Positions 1 to 11,400 of a stretch of 36,239 nucleotides of DNA are shown one piece after another (within the stretch, counting starts at the first letter, position 1; every line of letters begins with the position of its first letter). The stretch lies in the IMG/VR virus record IMGVR_UViG_3300027801_000069, positions 1-36,239 of that record; one strand, written 5' to 3'. This stretch comes from a virus (Duplodnaviria > Caudoviricetes). Position numbers and translations under genes: made by a program. The notes under the pieces were generated by a model. It had not been told where the DNA came from and ran no database searches. It worked only from the letters and a program-made list of their open reading frames with translations.

Positions 1-13
1 ATAGATTTTAAGA

Positions 14-238
14 ATGGAGATAATATATACAAGTGTAATGATAGGAATGGGAATAGCAATAGGGATATATATTTCAAGTCAAATAGAAAAACATATTGAC
101 GGGAGAACTAATAATAAAAAGCTATTAAAGAATATGAAAGAATTTGATAAGGATAGGTTCGTGAAAACTAATATGACAAAGAAAGATATTTTACATTATT
201 ATACGCATATAAAAAAGGAAAAGAAAGATGTTAACTAA
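14..238 (+). CDS. hypothetical membrane-anchored protein
   Basis: 74 aa ORF with a hydrophobic N-terminus (IIYTSVMIGMGIAIGIYIS) and a basic tail. Confidence 0.6.
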   Translation: MEIIYTSVMIGMGIAIGIYISSQIEKHIDGRTNNKKLLKNMKEFDKDRFVKTNMTKKDILHYYTHIKKEKKDVN

Positions 239-303
239 TTTTTTACTATTATTATTGGTGTACGTTCTATGGTCATCATATAAATTAACCGAAGAAAATA
301 AAG

Positions 304-657
304 ATGGCGAATAAAGATAAGTACACAGTGGAACAGGTAAAGGACGCACTAGATAAGTCTGGTGGCTTCCTATCAGTAGCAGCAGAATCATTAGGTTGTA
401 CTAGGAAAACAATATACAACTACCTAGATAGATACCCTGAACTGAAAGAAGTTTGTGAGGACATACGGGAAAGGTACTTGGATATCGGAGAGAATGAACT
501 GATGAAGAAAGTAAAAAAAGGTGCAACACCGGAACTCATATTCTTTCTAAAGACAAGGGGTAAGGGTAGAGGATATGTAGAAAAACAAGAACTAGATATC
601 AGTAGTGGAAACGAACCTATAAAAATTAACATAAACCTAGATGGAGATAACTCCTGA
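304..657 (+). CDS. terS: terminase small subunit (HTH-containing)
   Basis: Fis-like HTH (VAAESLGCTRKTIYNYL), IFFLKTRGKGRGYVEKQE motif common in phage TerS, overlaps the terL start. Confidence 0.8.
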   Translation: MANKDKYTVEQVKDALDKSGGFLSVAAESLGCTRKTIYNYLDRYPELKEVCEDIRERYLDIGENELMKKVKKGATPELIFFLKTRGKGRGYVEKQELDISSGNEPIKININLDGDNS

Positions 658-1951
658 CTTTACCAGAACCCAAAGGAAAGCATTAACATATCTTACAGAT
701 AACACTACAAATGAATTACTTTTTGGTGGAGGGGCAGGTGGTGGTAAATCGTACTGCGGTTGTGCGTGGCTTATTATAAACTGTTTACAATACAAAGGGA
801 CTAGATACTTAATGGGACGTTCTAAATTGGACGCATTAAAGAAAACAACTCTTAACACTTTCTTTGAGGTATGTGCTTCATGGGAGATAAAGAGTGGGGT
901 ACATTACAACTTCAACGCACAAAGTAACATCATAAAATTCTATAACGGTTCAGAGGTAATGCTTAAAGATTTATTCTTATACCCTAGTGACCCCAACTTT
1001 GATAGTCTTGGTTCACTAGAACTAACAGGTGCATTTATAGATGAAGCAAATCAGATAACACAAAAAGCAAAGAACATAGTGCTATCTAGGTTGAGATATA
1101 AGTTAGATGAGAACAACTTAATCCCAAAGCTACTATTAACCTGTAACCCTGCAAAGAATTGGCTATATAGTGAATGGTACATACCCCACAAGCAAGGGAA
1201 GTTAACTACTGACAAACAATTCTTAAAGTCATTAGTAACAGATAACCCGAACATTTCAAAACACTACATAACAACGCTAAAGAAACTAGATAACATAACT
1301 AGGGAAAGATTACTGTATGGTAATTGGGAATATGAAAATGATGAGAACAAGCTATTCAAGTACGATAGTATTATTAACCTGTTTACAAATGATTTCATAG
1401 TAGAGGAAAGGGAAACTTTTTTAAGTGTAGATGTAGCACGATTCGGAAAAGACAGTTCGGTTATATGCGTTTGGAAGGGTTGGGTAGTGGTAGATATTAT
1501 TAAGCATACTAAAAAGAGCATAACTGAATTAAGTGATATCATATTAGAGATAGCAAAGCAATACAATGTTACCAGAAGTAATATCGTGGTAGATGAAGAT
1601 GGAGTTGGAGGTGGACTGAAAGACGTTTTAAAGGGTTCTAAAGGATTTATTAATAATAGTAGGGCAATAGGTAAGGAGAACTATATTAACTTAAAAGCAC
1701 AGTGCTATTACAAGTTTGCGGACAAAGTGAATCGTGCCTTAGTTTACATAATGGATAATAAATATAAAGACAAGATAATACAAGAGCTAGAAGTGGTACA
1801 GATGAAGGACATAGATAAAGATAATAAACTTAGTATAATTGGTAAAGATAAAATTAAGGAACATATCGGGAGAAGTCCTGACTTTGCTGATGCACTCATG
1901 ATGAGAATGTACTTAGAAATTAATAAAACAAAAATAACTTATTTCGGATAA
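641..1951 (+). CDS. terL: terminase large subunit
   Basis: Walker A GGAGGGKS, Walker B AFIDEA, TCNP motif, nuclease domain SVDVARFGKD and SPDFADAL. Confidence 0.95.
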   Translation: MEITPDFTRTQRKALTYLTDNTTNELLFGGGAGGGKSYCGCAWLIINCLQYKGTRYLMGRSKLDALKKTTLNTFFEVCASWEIKSGVHYNFNAQSNIIKFYNGSEVMLKDLFLYPSDPNFDSLGSLELTGAFIDEANQITQKAKNIVLSRLRYKLDENNLIPKLLLTCNPAKNWLYSEWYIPHKQGKLTTDKQFLKSLVTDNPNISKHYITTLKKLDNITRERLLYGNWEYENDENKLFKYDSIINLFTNDFIVEERETFLSVDVARFGKDSSVICVWKGWVVVDIIKHTKKSITELSDIILEIAKQYNVTRSNIVVDEDGVGGGLKDVLKGSKGFINNSRAIGKENYINLKAQCYYKFADKVNRALVYIMDNKYKDKIIQELEVVQMKDIDKDNKLSIIGKDKIKEHIGRSPDFADALMMRMYLEINKTKITYFG

Positions 1952-1961
1952 GTAGAAACTG

Positions 1962-1995
1962 CGCTAGTAAAATGAATAATTAACTTAAATTTGCA
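1962..1995 (+). promoter_or_regulatory. putative Bacteroidota-type promoter (-7 box TAAATTTG)
   Basis: TAnnTTTG at 1986-1993, intergenic, 6 nt before the ATG at 2000; CGC 21 nt upstream. Confidence 0.55.
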
Positions 1996-1999
1996 AAAT

Positions 2000-2659
2000 A
2001 TGATAGTATTAGAAATCAATGGAGAACAGAAAAGAATACCACAAAGTTATTCGGAAATAACGCTAGGAGATTTTACAAAGTTATGGAAGATAATGTGCAA
2101 GTACAATCTAGATGAACCTGAAACAGATGATGACGTTGAAAGGAAAGTAGTAAACGAATTAAACTTATCTAGAGAATTAGTAGGTGCAATGCTAGGACTA
2201 AAATCTGAAGACGTGGATAAACTAGATGTGCAACAAACTGATGAAGTCATAGGTTTGTTTAATCGGTTACTAGAAAAAGATGAGCTAGATGGAGATTGGG
2301 GTAATCATAAGTTTGAGCATAATGGGGAGGAGTTTTACTTCCCACAACATAACTTCGGAGAGATGAGCTTTGGAGAGTATGCAACTATTAAACAGTACGA
2401 ACAAGTGTTATCTAAGGATAACGGTAACAGGTTTGATTTTATAGCTGAACAAATTGCATACTGTTGCAGAAAGAAAGGAGAGGAAAAAGAATCGTATGAC
2501 CTGAAGGAAAGGGCTGATTTGTTTAGAGATGTTACAATGGATAAAGTTTTGAAACTAACTTTTTTTTTGCAGAAACGGATAAGTTCATTAGAAGCAATTA
2601 CGAAAATGTATTCGGAGGCAGCGAAGATTCAATCGGAAAAAAAATTAGTCACATCATAG
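2000..2659 (+). CDS. tail assembly chaperone (gpG-like)
   Basis: IPQSYSEITLGDF N-terminus and FGEY motif; ends ...LTFFL over a T9 run; ATG at 2000 preferred to TTG at 1991. Confidence 0.7.
   Translation: MIVLEINGEQKRIPQSYSEITLGDFTKLWKIMCKYNLDEPETDDDVERKVVNELNLSRELVGAMLGLKSEDVDKLDVQQTDEVIGLFNRLLEKDELDGDWGNHKFEHNGEEFYFPQHNFGEMSFGEYATIKQYEQVLSKDNGNRFDFIAEQIAYCCRKKGEEKESYDLKERADLFRDVTMDKVLKLTFFLQKRISSLEAITKMYSEAAKIQSEKKLVTS
2560..2568 (+). other. programmed -1 ribosomal frameshift slippery site (T TTT TTT)
   Basis: Nine Ts in the correct phase (ACT TTT TTT TTG); the -1 frame is open from 2560 to the stop at 2862. Confidence 0.8.
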
Positions 2660-2862
2660 AGGGGTACGGTTGGTTGAATACGATATACAGGTTAGCAAAT
2701 GTAGGGGTATTTACAAAAGGAGTTGAGATGAACGCTATTGAAAGCGTAGAAGAAGAAATGCTGATGAGTGTATTAACATATCTAAGTTGGGAGAGTGCAG
2801 ACCTAGAATATAACAATCAATACCAGAAGTTAGCACAGAAAAGGGAAAAGAATAGAACTTAA
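2560..2862 (+). CDS. frameshifted C-terminal extension of the tail assembly chaperone (gpGT-like)
   Basis: The -1 frame reads FFFAETDKFIRSNYENVFGG...YGWLNTIYRLANVGVF... and contains the listed ORF 2674..2862, which has only a TTG start. Confidence 0.75.
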   Translation, partial: FFFAETDKFIRSNYENVFGGSEDSIGKKISHIIEGYGWLNTIYRLANVGVFTKGVEMNAIESVEEEMLMSVLTYLSWESADLEYNNQYQKLAQKREKNRT

Positions 2863-2877
2863 TAAAAAGAAACAAAG

Positions 2878-3348
2878 ATGGCAATACTACAAGATTTACA
2901 GAATTTAAGTCAGGACGTTGATACTGCAAGAGCAGGATTTTTCAATACCTATCAATTTGGCAACCTAGGTATGGTTAACGCTAGTCATAATACAAACTAC
3001 CCACTGTTACATCTACTTCCACCAACAAGCACATTTCTAGATTCGTATAAGAATGATGAGCAGATGACTTGTAACTTCCACTGTTATAGAACATTAATAC
3101 CGAGAGAAACGGGAGGAACAACAGGGGTACTCTTTAACGCACAACAATTAGAGATGACATACGATTCACTGCTGGAACAGTTTAAGGGTACTATGCAGTC
3201 CTTACTATTAAATAATGAACATAAGTATATAATCACAGGTAATTGGAGCGTAGAACGTATTAACGAGGAATTTAATGATGGGCTAGTCGGCATAATATGT
3301 TCCGTTCAGATTAATAAATTTACGCACTGCTTACTATATAATAATTAA
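2878..3348 (+). CDS. putative tail terminator/completion protein
   Basis: 156 aa, NYPLLHL and ERINEEFNDGLVG motifs, position in the tail module. Confidence 0.5.
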   Translation: MAILQDLQNLSQDVDTARAGFFNTYQFGNLGMVNASHNTNYPLLHLLPPTSTFLDSYKNDEQMTCNFHCYRTLIPRETGGTTGVLFNAQQLEMTYDSLLEQFKGTMQSLLLNNEHKYIITGNWSVERINEEFNDGLVGIICSVQINKFTHCLLYNN

Positions 3349-3350
3349 TA

Positions 3351-3839
3351 ATGGCATTAACACTAATTACACTAGAAAAGATAGCACTACAATACAAGAT
3401 TGCATTCGGAGCTGAACTTATAAGACAGGGACAAACTAAAAGAAGTGGTAGTTTGGTAGAAAGTTTGAAAAGTGAAACTCATCTAGGTTATCCTACTACA
3501 ATACGATTCTTTGGTAATCACTATTGGAGATTTCTAAACTACGGGGTTTCATCAGGACATATTACAAAACCGTATGCGTACCCAAGAATAGAGGGATTAA
3601 TAAAATGGTTAAAAAGAAAAGGTATCGGGAGTGGGGATGATAAGATTAGAGGAATAGCATTTGCAATAGCAACTGTTCATGCAAAGAGAGGTATGCCTAC
3701 CAGAGGTGGAAGAAGGGATGAGAGTAGAATGAACTTTGTAGATAAGGCAATAGATAAAAATAGAAGTAAGATACAGCAAACAATAGCCAAAAATGTAGGT
3801 AGAGATTTTTCTCAACTGTTTGTTAAATTACACAGATAA
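3351..3839 (+). CDS. putative tail completion/neck protein
   Basis: Basic 162 aa protein with SGSLVESL, YWRFLNYG, WLKRKGI and AFAIA motifs. Confidence 0.5.
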   Translation: MALTLITLEKIALQYKIAFGAELIRQGQTKRSGSLVESLKSETHLGYPTTIRFFGNHYWRFLNYGVSSGHITKPYAYPRIEGLIKWLKRKGIGSGDDKIRGIAFAIATVHAKRGMPTRGGRRDESRMNFVDKAIDKNRSKIQQTIAKNVGRDFSQLFVKLHR

Positions 3840-3850
3840 AAAATAAAATT

Positions 3851-5203
3851 ATGACATTACAAGCACTAGGTCACCAAAATAAAGTTTACGATACAAGTCG
3901 ACCGTATATGTTCAAATACAGGTCAACTGACCCGCAATGCGTAAATATGGTTTATGTTCTACAAATATATGATTCATTGGGAGCAGGTTGGACGACAGTA
4001 ACTAAACCTATGAAGCAACCTTTAGAGTGGTCGCTGGTGGATGAGTTCTGGGTTGACTTGTCAATGCTAACTACCGATTTTGTTGAATTTGATATTGTAA
4101 CAAAGCTAGATGCTAACGTAAATAGAATCTTTATGGAGTACCATGAAGTGAATTGCAAACTTCTAATTACCGAAGAAATTTACGACCCCATAACACAAAT
4201 GCTAGAGTATGAGCACGACATAAATCTTTGGCAACAACAACAGACTTTCTATGTAGCAGAAATGGGAACATCTCATGAAGAAACTTTCAATCTAGCACAG
4301 CACCATTTTACTTATCCGTATCATTTATGGGCACATAATTGGAGTGACGAAACTTGTAAATTTATGACCGATATGCCTTTGGTTATGGAGGAATGTTTGG
4401 ATGATAATAAAGTTTTATCATTTAATAGTCACTTGAAAGGAATGTATCTAACAATAATAATTACTAGGGAATCAGGAGCGACTAGCATACCTATCAGAGC
4501 AAGTGCAGACTTAATGGGTATAGGTGTTTACCAGATAGGAGTAGGGTTTCCACAGTTGAAAGCATACTTTACTGCACAAGGTACTCTAGCAACTTGGTGG
4601 ACTGCTACTAATGGTTGGAGCAAGATACAGTATATGATGGCGGATAGCACGACAAATACAATAAGAACAGCTAGATATACTTCAAACTTTTCTGTTTGTG
4701 GTTGCAATGATGAGCACGTTCGGTTATGGTGGAGAAACAATAGAAACGGAGTTGACGCTTTTACCTTTAAGGGAGCAAATGCACAGTACCTTGCAAGTAA
4801 ATTTGAAATCTACCAAAAGCCATTAGGTTTCAGACGACATCAGGCGGAAGACCCACTAGATTCTGATTATACCGATAAGCAAAATAACAGCTTTAATCAG
4901 AAAAGTTCTGGTCAAAACAAGGTAAATATCGAAGCACACAAAGAAATGAAAGTCATATCTAGTTGGGAGAACAAAGAAAAAATGAAGTGGATAGCCGACC
5001 TTTTAATTTCAAATCAAGTATATGTAGAGCTAAGAGATGGAAGTCACTTTACTTGGTTTGACGACCCTACAAGGTTTGCAGATTTTCACTTAACTCCGGT
5101 CATAGTAAAAAATACAAGAATGAAAACAAAACCGCTTAACAATACATTCAGTAAGATAGAACTTGACCTACGATATGCTAATCCTAAAACAGTTATTAAA
5201 TAA
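3851..5203 (+). CDS. putative distal tail/structural protein
   Basis: 450 aa; C-terminal WRNNRNGVDAFTF...LLISNQVY pattern; stop overlaps the next start. Confidence 0.5.
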   Translation: MTLQALGHQNKVYDTSRPYMFKYRSTDPQCVNMVYVLQIYDSLGAGWTTVTKPMKQPLEWSLVDEFWVDLSMLTTDFVEFDIVTKLDANVNRIFMEYHEVNCKLLITEEIYDPITQMLEYEHDINLWQQQQTFYVAEMGTSHEETFNLAQHHFTYPYHLWAHNWSDETCKFMTDMPLVMEECLDDNKVLSFNSHLKGMYLTIIITRESGATSIPIRASADLMGIGVYQIGVGFPQLKAYFTAQGTLATWWTATNGWSKIQYMMADSTTNTIRTARYTSNFSVCGCNDEHVRLWWRNNRNGVDAFTFKGANAQYLASKFEIYQKPLGFRRHQAEDPLDSDYTDKQNNSFNQKSSGQNKVNIEAHKEMKVISSWENKEKMKWIADLLISNQVYVELRDGSHFTWFDDPTRFADFHLTPVIVKNTRMKTKPLNNTFSKIELDLRYANPKTVIK

Positions 5204-8200
5204 TGGCACAAGAAGTAACACTTGAAATATATCATATAGAGAATAAGACTAGGGAAGTAGTTAATGGAAAACTAGATATATATAAAAGCGACAATCTACC
5301 ACTATCATTACAGTTTGGAATAAAAAACATTTCAAACCTTAGTGAAAGCACAGGTTCATACTCTAAGACATTTGATATTCCTGCTACAAAACATAATAAC
5401 AAACTACTGCAACACGCTATCCGAGACCAACTTGACCCTAGTGCTGTTACTAAGTGGCTAGATACAACTGTAAAATGTAGAGTAAGTGTTAATGGTAGAA
5501 TCCTGATGACGGGAAGTTTTACTATTAAATCTTATACAAAGAATGCAAAAGAGAAAGCTTACAAGATAACACTACTAGGAGATAATAATAATTGGGTATC
5601 TATTATGGATGGTAGGATGATGTGCGAAACTACCGAACCTGAATTAAATCAAGTTCATGATTGGCATAATGGGTTATGGCATTGGTATAATGCGAATAGA
5701 AAAGTAGATGATGTTAACTATCCCGTAGGTATGCCTACTTATGATATTTGCATTCCTATTATCGCATGGGGAACTTATATGTATGACCACGTTCCTGCTA
5801 ATTGGAAACAAATGCGACTAGAAGAACAAACTCCAGCGTTCTTTATTAAAAAACTAGTTAATGCGTTCTTTCAAGAAGCAGGTTACAATGTTAATAGTAA
5901 CTTTATGAATACTAAGTTTTTCAAGAAACTAGTTATGCCAACCGACCCATCAAGATTCAATCATGGTAATTTTTCTACACTAGGGGGAGGAACTAATCTT
6001 ACTACTGTATGCGTAGCAGAAGCAGAATTTTTTAATGATACAGGTGCAGGACATGGTGTAGATACAATGTGCACTTGTCAATCTTGTACTTGGCAAATGC
6101 CTCATACATTTAAGAAGTGGGACCCCTGTCTTTTGATTTGGGACTTCCCTTATGGTGGACCATATAATGCTACTTGGGGAAGTTGCCCACAGAACGGACC
6201 GTACGCTGTATATAATCACTGTGCAGGAACTATGGAAGTTAAGTGGGGTTGGAGTCCGCCAGCAGCAGATGATTGGATTGCAAACAGGTTTGCACGTTAC
6301 AATGAAGAAAAATGCGATTTATATGGTAAGCAACAAGTGGCAGAGTGGCAATGCGAACCTGATACTAATTGGTCTGACCAATCACAAGAAGATAAAGCTT
6401 CTAGTGCTGCTGGTTACCCCGTAGGAATGTATAATGTTTATCCTATGAAGTATCACTTTTGGGATTGTCCGATTACTGCAACTTATACGATAGAAGTCAA
6501 AACTAGTGTAGCAATGTTTAAGAGTAGCACTGCAAACAGTAATGGGAAAGGAAAGGTACAGATTAAATTAAAAATGATAGAGAACGCAAGTGGGTGGAAT
6601 CTTACTGATAACAGTATGATGCAAAACGCTTATGCTAGTACACCAGGGACAGAAACAGATTTAGATAGTGAAACAGTTACCACACCGAATGGAAGTGCAG
6701 GAGGAGGTGGAGGTGGAGGAACGTTCAATCATTGGCATTATAGGGAATCAGATATTTTATGGACTGGTGTAGTTCCTGCTGGAGCACGAATAGTTGTAGA
6801 GTGGAGAAACATACGACATAATAACACTGATAACAATGGTCATGGTTGGGATGCAAAAGGAATAATACTAGATAGAGAGTTTGCAAAGTGGGATGCCGGT
6901 TACCCTTTTGCTTCTAGTCATAATAATATGCTATATGGTACGACTGCTAGACCTACAACTTTCAAAATAACAACGGGAACAGAAATAAATATAGGGGATG
7001 AAGTTACTTGGCACGAATACTTGCCTTGCGATATAACTATGAAATCGTTTATTGCAGGTCTTACAGGTTTGTTTAACTTGTATTGGTACACTGACGAAGT
7101 ATCTAAAACAGTGTATGTTGAACCGTATGATGAGTTCTATGGTTTGAAAATAGATGCAGTTGATTGGACGAAAAAGCTAGACTTGAATCGGGCAAGTGAA
7201 ACAAAATTCATTACCGATATGATAGCAAGAAATGCTCTTTATAAATACCTTGACCCTAGTAAAGATGAGTACTTAAATTATGAAAACAGTTTATTAGATT
7301 ACCCACATCATAGTCAATTTGTAGATTTAGGTGCAGCTTTTCTTAATCAATTAAAAACTTATGGGACTTCATTATTCGGTGCTACTTGGATGATTCATGA
7401 TAATCAGTTAGTTGACTTAATAGACCCTGATACGCCTTGGATTCCTTTAATCATTGGAGAATATGTTGCTGATGTAGAAACAACTCCAAAACCTGAAGTA
7501 GGTGGAGGATATCTCCCACGAATACTAAGTTACGAAGGAATGCAACCTACGGGAACGCAGTCTGCTTGGGGTGGTTGGGCTAACTCTGGAGCAGGAAGTG
7601 ACACTGACATTTATCCGAGAGCGATATCTTTTGTTGATAACATAACACCAACGACTGGTCAGGAACACGCAAACCTAGCTTACCACGACAATCCTTACAC
7701 AGGGCAATCAGGTTTATATAGTAAATTCTTTGAAGGACTATTGCAAGACTTGATAGCATTACCTAGAATGAGAATTGCATATTTCTACTTAACACCTAGA
7801 GATATTGCTGAATTAGATTTAAGAAATCTAGTATGGTTAAAAGGAGATGGAGATGGGAACGGAACATATTGGAAGATTCATAAAATAGTAGATTACAAAC
7901 CGCACCTAGATACAGTAACAAAAGTAGAATTATTACAATATCAGATACGAGATAATTCAGCTCCAAAACCTAAAAAGCCACCAGGTCCTCCTAAAGACCC
8001 CAAAGTGTTTGATAGTAAAAAGAGAACAGATGGAGTAGTTACCTTTAACACAGGTAACAAGAAGTTCAATGCTGATAAACGCAGTGCATCAAACGAAGGA
8101 GGACAATCGGTTTCGGCTGTTATGCGTGGAAACAAAGCACCGAGTAATAATGGGAATGTAGTTATGGGAAACAACCTAGTTACTAGAACTCCAAATCAGA

Positions 8201-8415
8201 TTGTACTAGGACAATACAATAAAGAAGATAAGGATGCTATTCTAATTGTTGGTGGCGGAGTGGACGAAAGTACACGCAGAAACGTTTTAACAGTGAAGGC
8301 AGACGGTTCTATGTATTTGGGGAGTGATAGTGACAATCTTATGACAAAGGACAGCAGCGGACAGTATATTGACTTATACACAAAAGAGAGTGATAGAATA
8401 ATAAAATTAAAGTAA
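5203..8415 (+). CDS. tail tip/baseplate hub protein with a large central insertion
   Basis: 1070 aa; GSYSKTFDIPATKHNNK near the N-terminus; GLFNLY...VYVEPY...VDWTKKLD after the insertion; precedes the tape measure gene. Confidence 0.65.
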   Translation: MAQEVTLEIYHIENKTREVVNGKLDIYKSDNLPLSLQFGIKNISNLSESTGSYSKTFDIPATKHNNKLLQHAIRDQLDPSAVTKWLDTTVKCRVSVNGRILMTGSFTIKSYTKNAKEKAYKITLLGDNNNWVSIMDGRMMCETTEPELNQVHDWHNGLWHWYNANRKVDDVNYPVGMPTYDICIPIIAWGTYMYDHVPANWKQMRLEEQTPAFFIKKLVNAFFQEAGYNVNSNFMNTKFFKKLVMPTDPSRFNHGNFSTLGGGTNLTTVCVAEAEFFNDTGAGHGVDTMCTCQSCTWQMPHTFKKWDPCLLIWDFPYGGPYNATWGSCPQNGPYAVYNHCAGTMEVKWGWSPPAADDWIANRFARYNEEKCDLYGKQQVAEWQCEPDTNWSDQSQEDKASSAAGYPVGMYNVYPMKYHFWDCPITATYTIEVKTSVAMFKSSTANSNGKGKVQIKLKMIENASGWNLTDNSMMQNAYASTPGTETDLDSETVTTPNGSAGGGGGGGTFNHWHYRESDILWTGVVPAGARIVVEWRNIRHNNTDNNGHGWDAKGIILDREFAKWDAGYPFASSHNNMLYGTTARPTTFKITTGTEINIGDEVTWHEYLPCDITMKSFIAGLTGLFNLYWYTDEVSKTVYVEPYDEFYGLKIDAVDWTKKLDLNRASETKFITDMIARNALYKYLDPSKDEYLNYENSLLDYPHHSQFVDLGAAFLNQLKTYGTSLFGATWMIHDNQLVDLIDPDTPWIPLIIGEYVADVETTPKPEVGGGYLPRILSYEGMQPTGTQSAWGGWANSGAGSDTDIYPRAISFVDNITPTTGQEHANLAYHDNPYTGQSGLYSKFFEGLLQDLIALPRMRIAYFYLTPRDIAELDLRNLVWLKGDGDGNGTYWKIHKIVDYKPHLDTVTKVELLQYQIRDNSAPKPKKPPGPPKDPKVFDSKKRTDGVVTFNTGNKKFNADKRSASNEGGQSVSAVMRGNKAPSNNGNVVMGNNLVTRTPNQIVLGQYNKEDKDAILIVGGGVDESTRRNVLTVKADGSMYLGSDSDNLMTKDSSGQYIDLYTKESDRIIKLK

Positions 8416-8421
8416 AAGAAA

Positions 8422-11400
8422 ATGGCGACCAAGACTTCACATATATTAGACCTGAAAATACTAGGTACGGATAAACTTGTAAATCTAGAAAAAGAGATTA
8501 ACAAGTACGAAGCTTCTATGAAGAAGATGGATAAGACGGATAAGAAGCATACCAAGACTATTGCTGAACAAAAGGTACAACTTAAAAATCTAAGGTCTGA
8601 AAGAAATACCGAACAGAAAGGTTTAATTGCTTCTCATCAGGCAACTAAAAAATTAGATGGTTCTTATAATGGATTGGTAGCAAGAAACAAAGCTATTTTA
8701 ACTAGTCTAAAACAGAATAAGAAGGGAATGAAGGGTAACACTGCAGAAGTCAAAAAGATGAAAGCAGAGTACACTAAAAACAATGCTAAGTTAAAAGAAT
8801 TCGATAGTAGTTTAGGAAACAATCAAAGAAATGTAGGTAACTACAAATCAGGATTAGCAGGAGCAAGAGATAGTTTGGCAAAAACAGGTATGGCTGTTGG
8901 GGCAGCAATCATAGCATTTCAAGCTATCGGTAGAGTTGTTACAATGTTAACTGCCGACTTTGGAGAGTTTGAAAAATCTTTTACAAATGTTTTGACTTTA
9001 ATGTCTGCAGGAGATATAGAACAGTTTCATGGTGAAATGCAAAAAGGTGCACTAGATATAATTTCTAAGTATGGGTTTGCTATTAATGATGTAAATAAAG
9101 CATTATTTGATAGTGTTTCTGCAGGAGTTCCTGCTGCTGAAAGTGTAGAGTTTATGAATGTTGCTGCTAATCTAGCACTAGGAGGTGTTACAGATTTAAG
9201 CACATCTGTAGATGGAATGACAACTATTATGAATTCGTTCCAACTAGAAACAAGTGAAGCAAATAAAATTGCAAATGCTTTCTTTACAGCACAAAAGTAT
9301 GGTAAAACAACGGTAGAAGAATTATCTGTTGCTATCGGACAAGTAGCACCACACGCAAAAAGAGCTGGGATGTCATACCAAGAGTTATTAGCAGCAATGG
9401 CTGAACTAACTAAACAAGGTATTAAAACGGACTTAGCAGCAACAGCTTTGAAGTCAACAATTACTGCAATAGAAAAACCTAGTGAAAAAGCAAAAGCAGT
9501 ATTTGATAAGATGGGTATTTCTTATGGGACGAACGCTATAAAAAGTCAGGGTCTAATGACTATCCTTACTAAGATTACAGCAGCAGGAGAAGATAATGCA
9601 GATGTATTAACCGAGTTGATACCAAACATTAGAGCACTTACAGGTGTTTCGGCAATGGGGGCAGCACAGCTAGAAGATTATCACGTTATACTAGGGGAAG
9701 TGAATGATGATTACGGTGATACGAGTTCCTTATCTAAAGCAGTAGCAATGCAACAAGAAACACTAGAACAACAAATGGCTAGGTTGAATGGGGAGTGGAC
9801 TGTTCAGAAAATTCTATTAGGAGAAGAATTAAAACCTGCTATGGATAAGATAATCAAAGCAATGGGGTGGATAGTTGAACACGCAGTAGATATTGCTAGG
9901 TGGACGAAAGCCGGTGTAATTGCATTTATAGCTTATAAAGTGGCAATGATAGGTGCTACGATTGTAACAAATTTACAAACGGGAGCAATAACTAGACAAA
10001 TAATAAAACAAAAGCTTCTTAATCTTACAATGAAAATGAATCCTTGGGGGTTGGTTATTGCAGGAGTTACCGCAGCAATTACTTTGTTTTCCGACTATGG
10101 AGATGAAGTTGAAGTAGTATCACAAAGAGAAAAAGAAAGAGCTACGCATAATGAAAAAGTAGCAACTGCATTGAACGAGGTTAATACTGCTCATGAGCAA
10201 CAAATAGTACAAGTAAAGAAGTTAAATAAACTTGTAATGAATCAAAACTTAGCAGAAGGGGATAGACAAAAAGCTCTAGATGAGTTTAATCAAAAGTTCG
10301 GTACTACTGTTAAGTACACAAATGATTACATTAAACTTCAACAGAGAATGGGGACGGCAGTAGATGACGTTACAAACAAACTGAAAGCACAGTTAGTTTT
10401 GAAAATTGCTGAAACCGAAATAGAAGAATTATTAATTAGAGAAATTGCACTAGATGAGAAATTAGCAAAACAAAAAGGAGAAGTTGCTATTCAACAAAAC
10501 AGGTTAAATGAATTAAATAAGACAGGGAGCCGCGAAACGAAACAATCAATCGAGAACTCTAAGAACTCGATAAAAATGTTAAATGAGAATGGGGAGGTAA
10601 TTGAACAAGTTGCCGAAAGTGTAAATGAAAAAGGGAGAAGGGAGTATCAGGCAAGTATAAGTGCTGAGGTTCTGGCAGATATGAATAGGGATTTGGCTAA
10701 TACTGAAACAGATTTAAGGATAGTAGTAAACAAACAAAACACAGTAAGAAATAAAGCAACGGCAGATATTGCAAAATATGGGGGAATAGTTGACGAAATA
10801 ATTAAGAAGATTTCTAGTGGAGGTGGATTAAAGGCAAAGATATTATCTTTGGCTGATGCTATGTTACTAGAAACAAATACGATAGAAAAACTAGGTACTA
10901 AGAGAACGGAGTTAATTAAAATTGTTAATACTGCGGTAATAGGTTCTGACTTATATGTAAAAGCAAAAAAAGAAGTAATTAAAATAGATAAGGAAATAGA
11001 ACTTACAAAGGATAAAGAAGTAAAAGTAATCGAAACTTCTGTTGAAAGTTTAACGAAAGAAATAGCTGCAAATAAAACTTATCTAGAAATGCTTGAAGGT
11101 AAAACTGAAGCAATTAATGAATACAATAATTCTCATATTAAACAGTTAGAAATGAAGATTCGTTTAATATACGCACAAGCAACAGCCGACCAAAAGTTAA
11201 CAGACCAACAACTAGTAAATCTAGGTGTACTAGAAGGTCAATTAAAAAAATTCCAAGCAAGTTTAGAAGACCCTGAAGATAAAAAATCTCCACTAGAAAA
11301 AGCTATGTGGGGTGAAGGAGTACAAGATTCTTTTGCTATGGCAAATTCTGCACTAGATATGCTATCAATGAGTATGTCAGGTAACGCTCAACTTGCAAAG

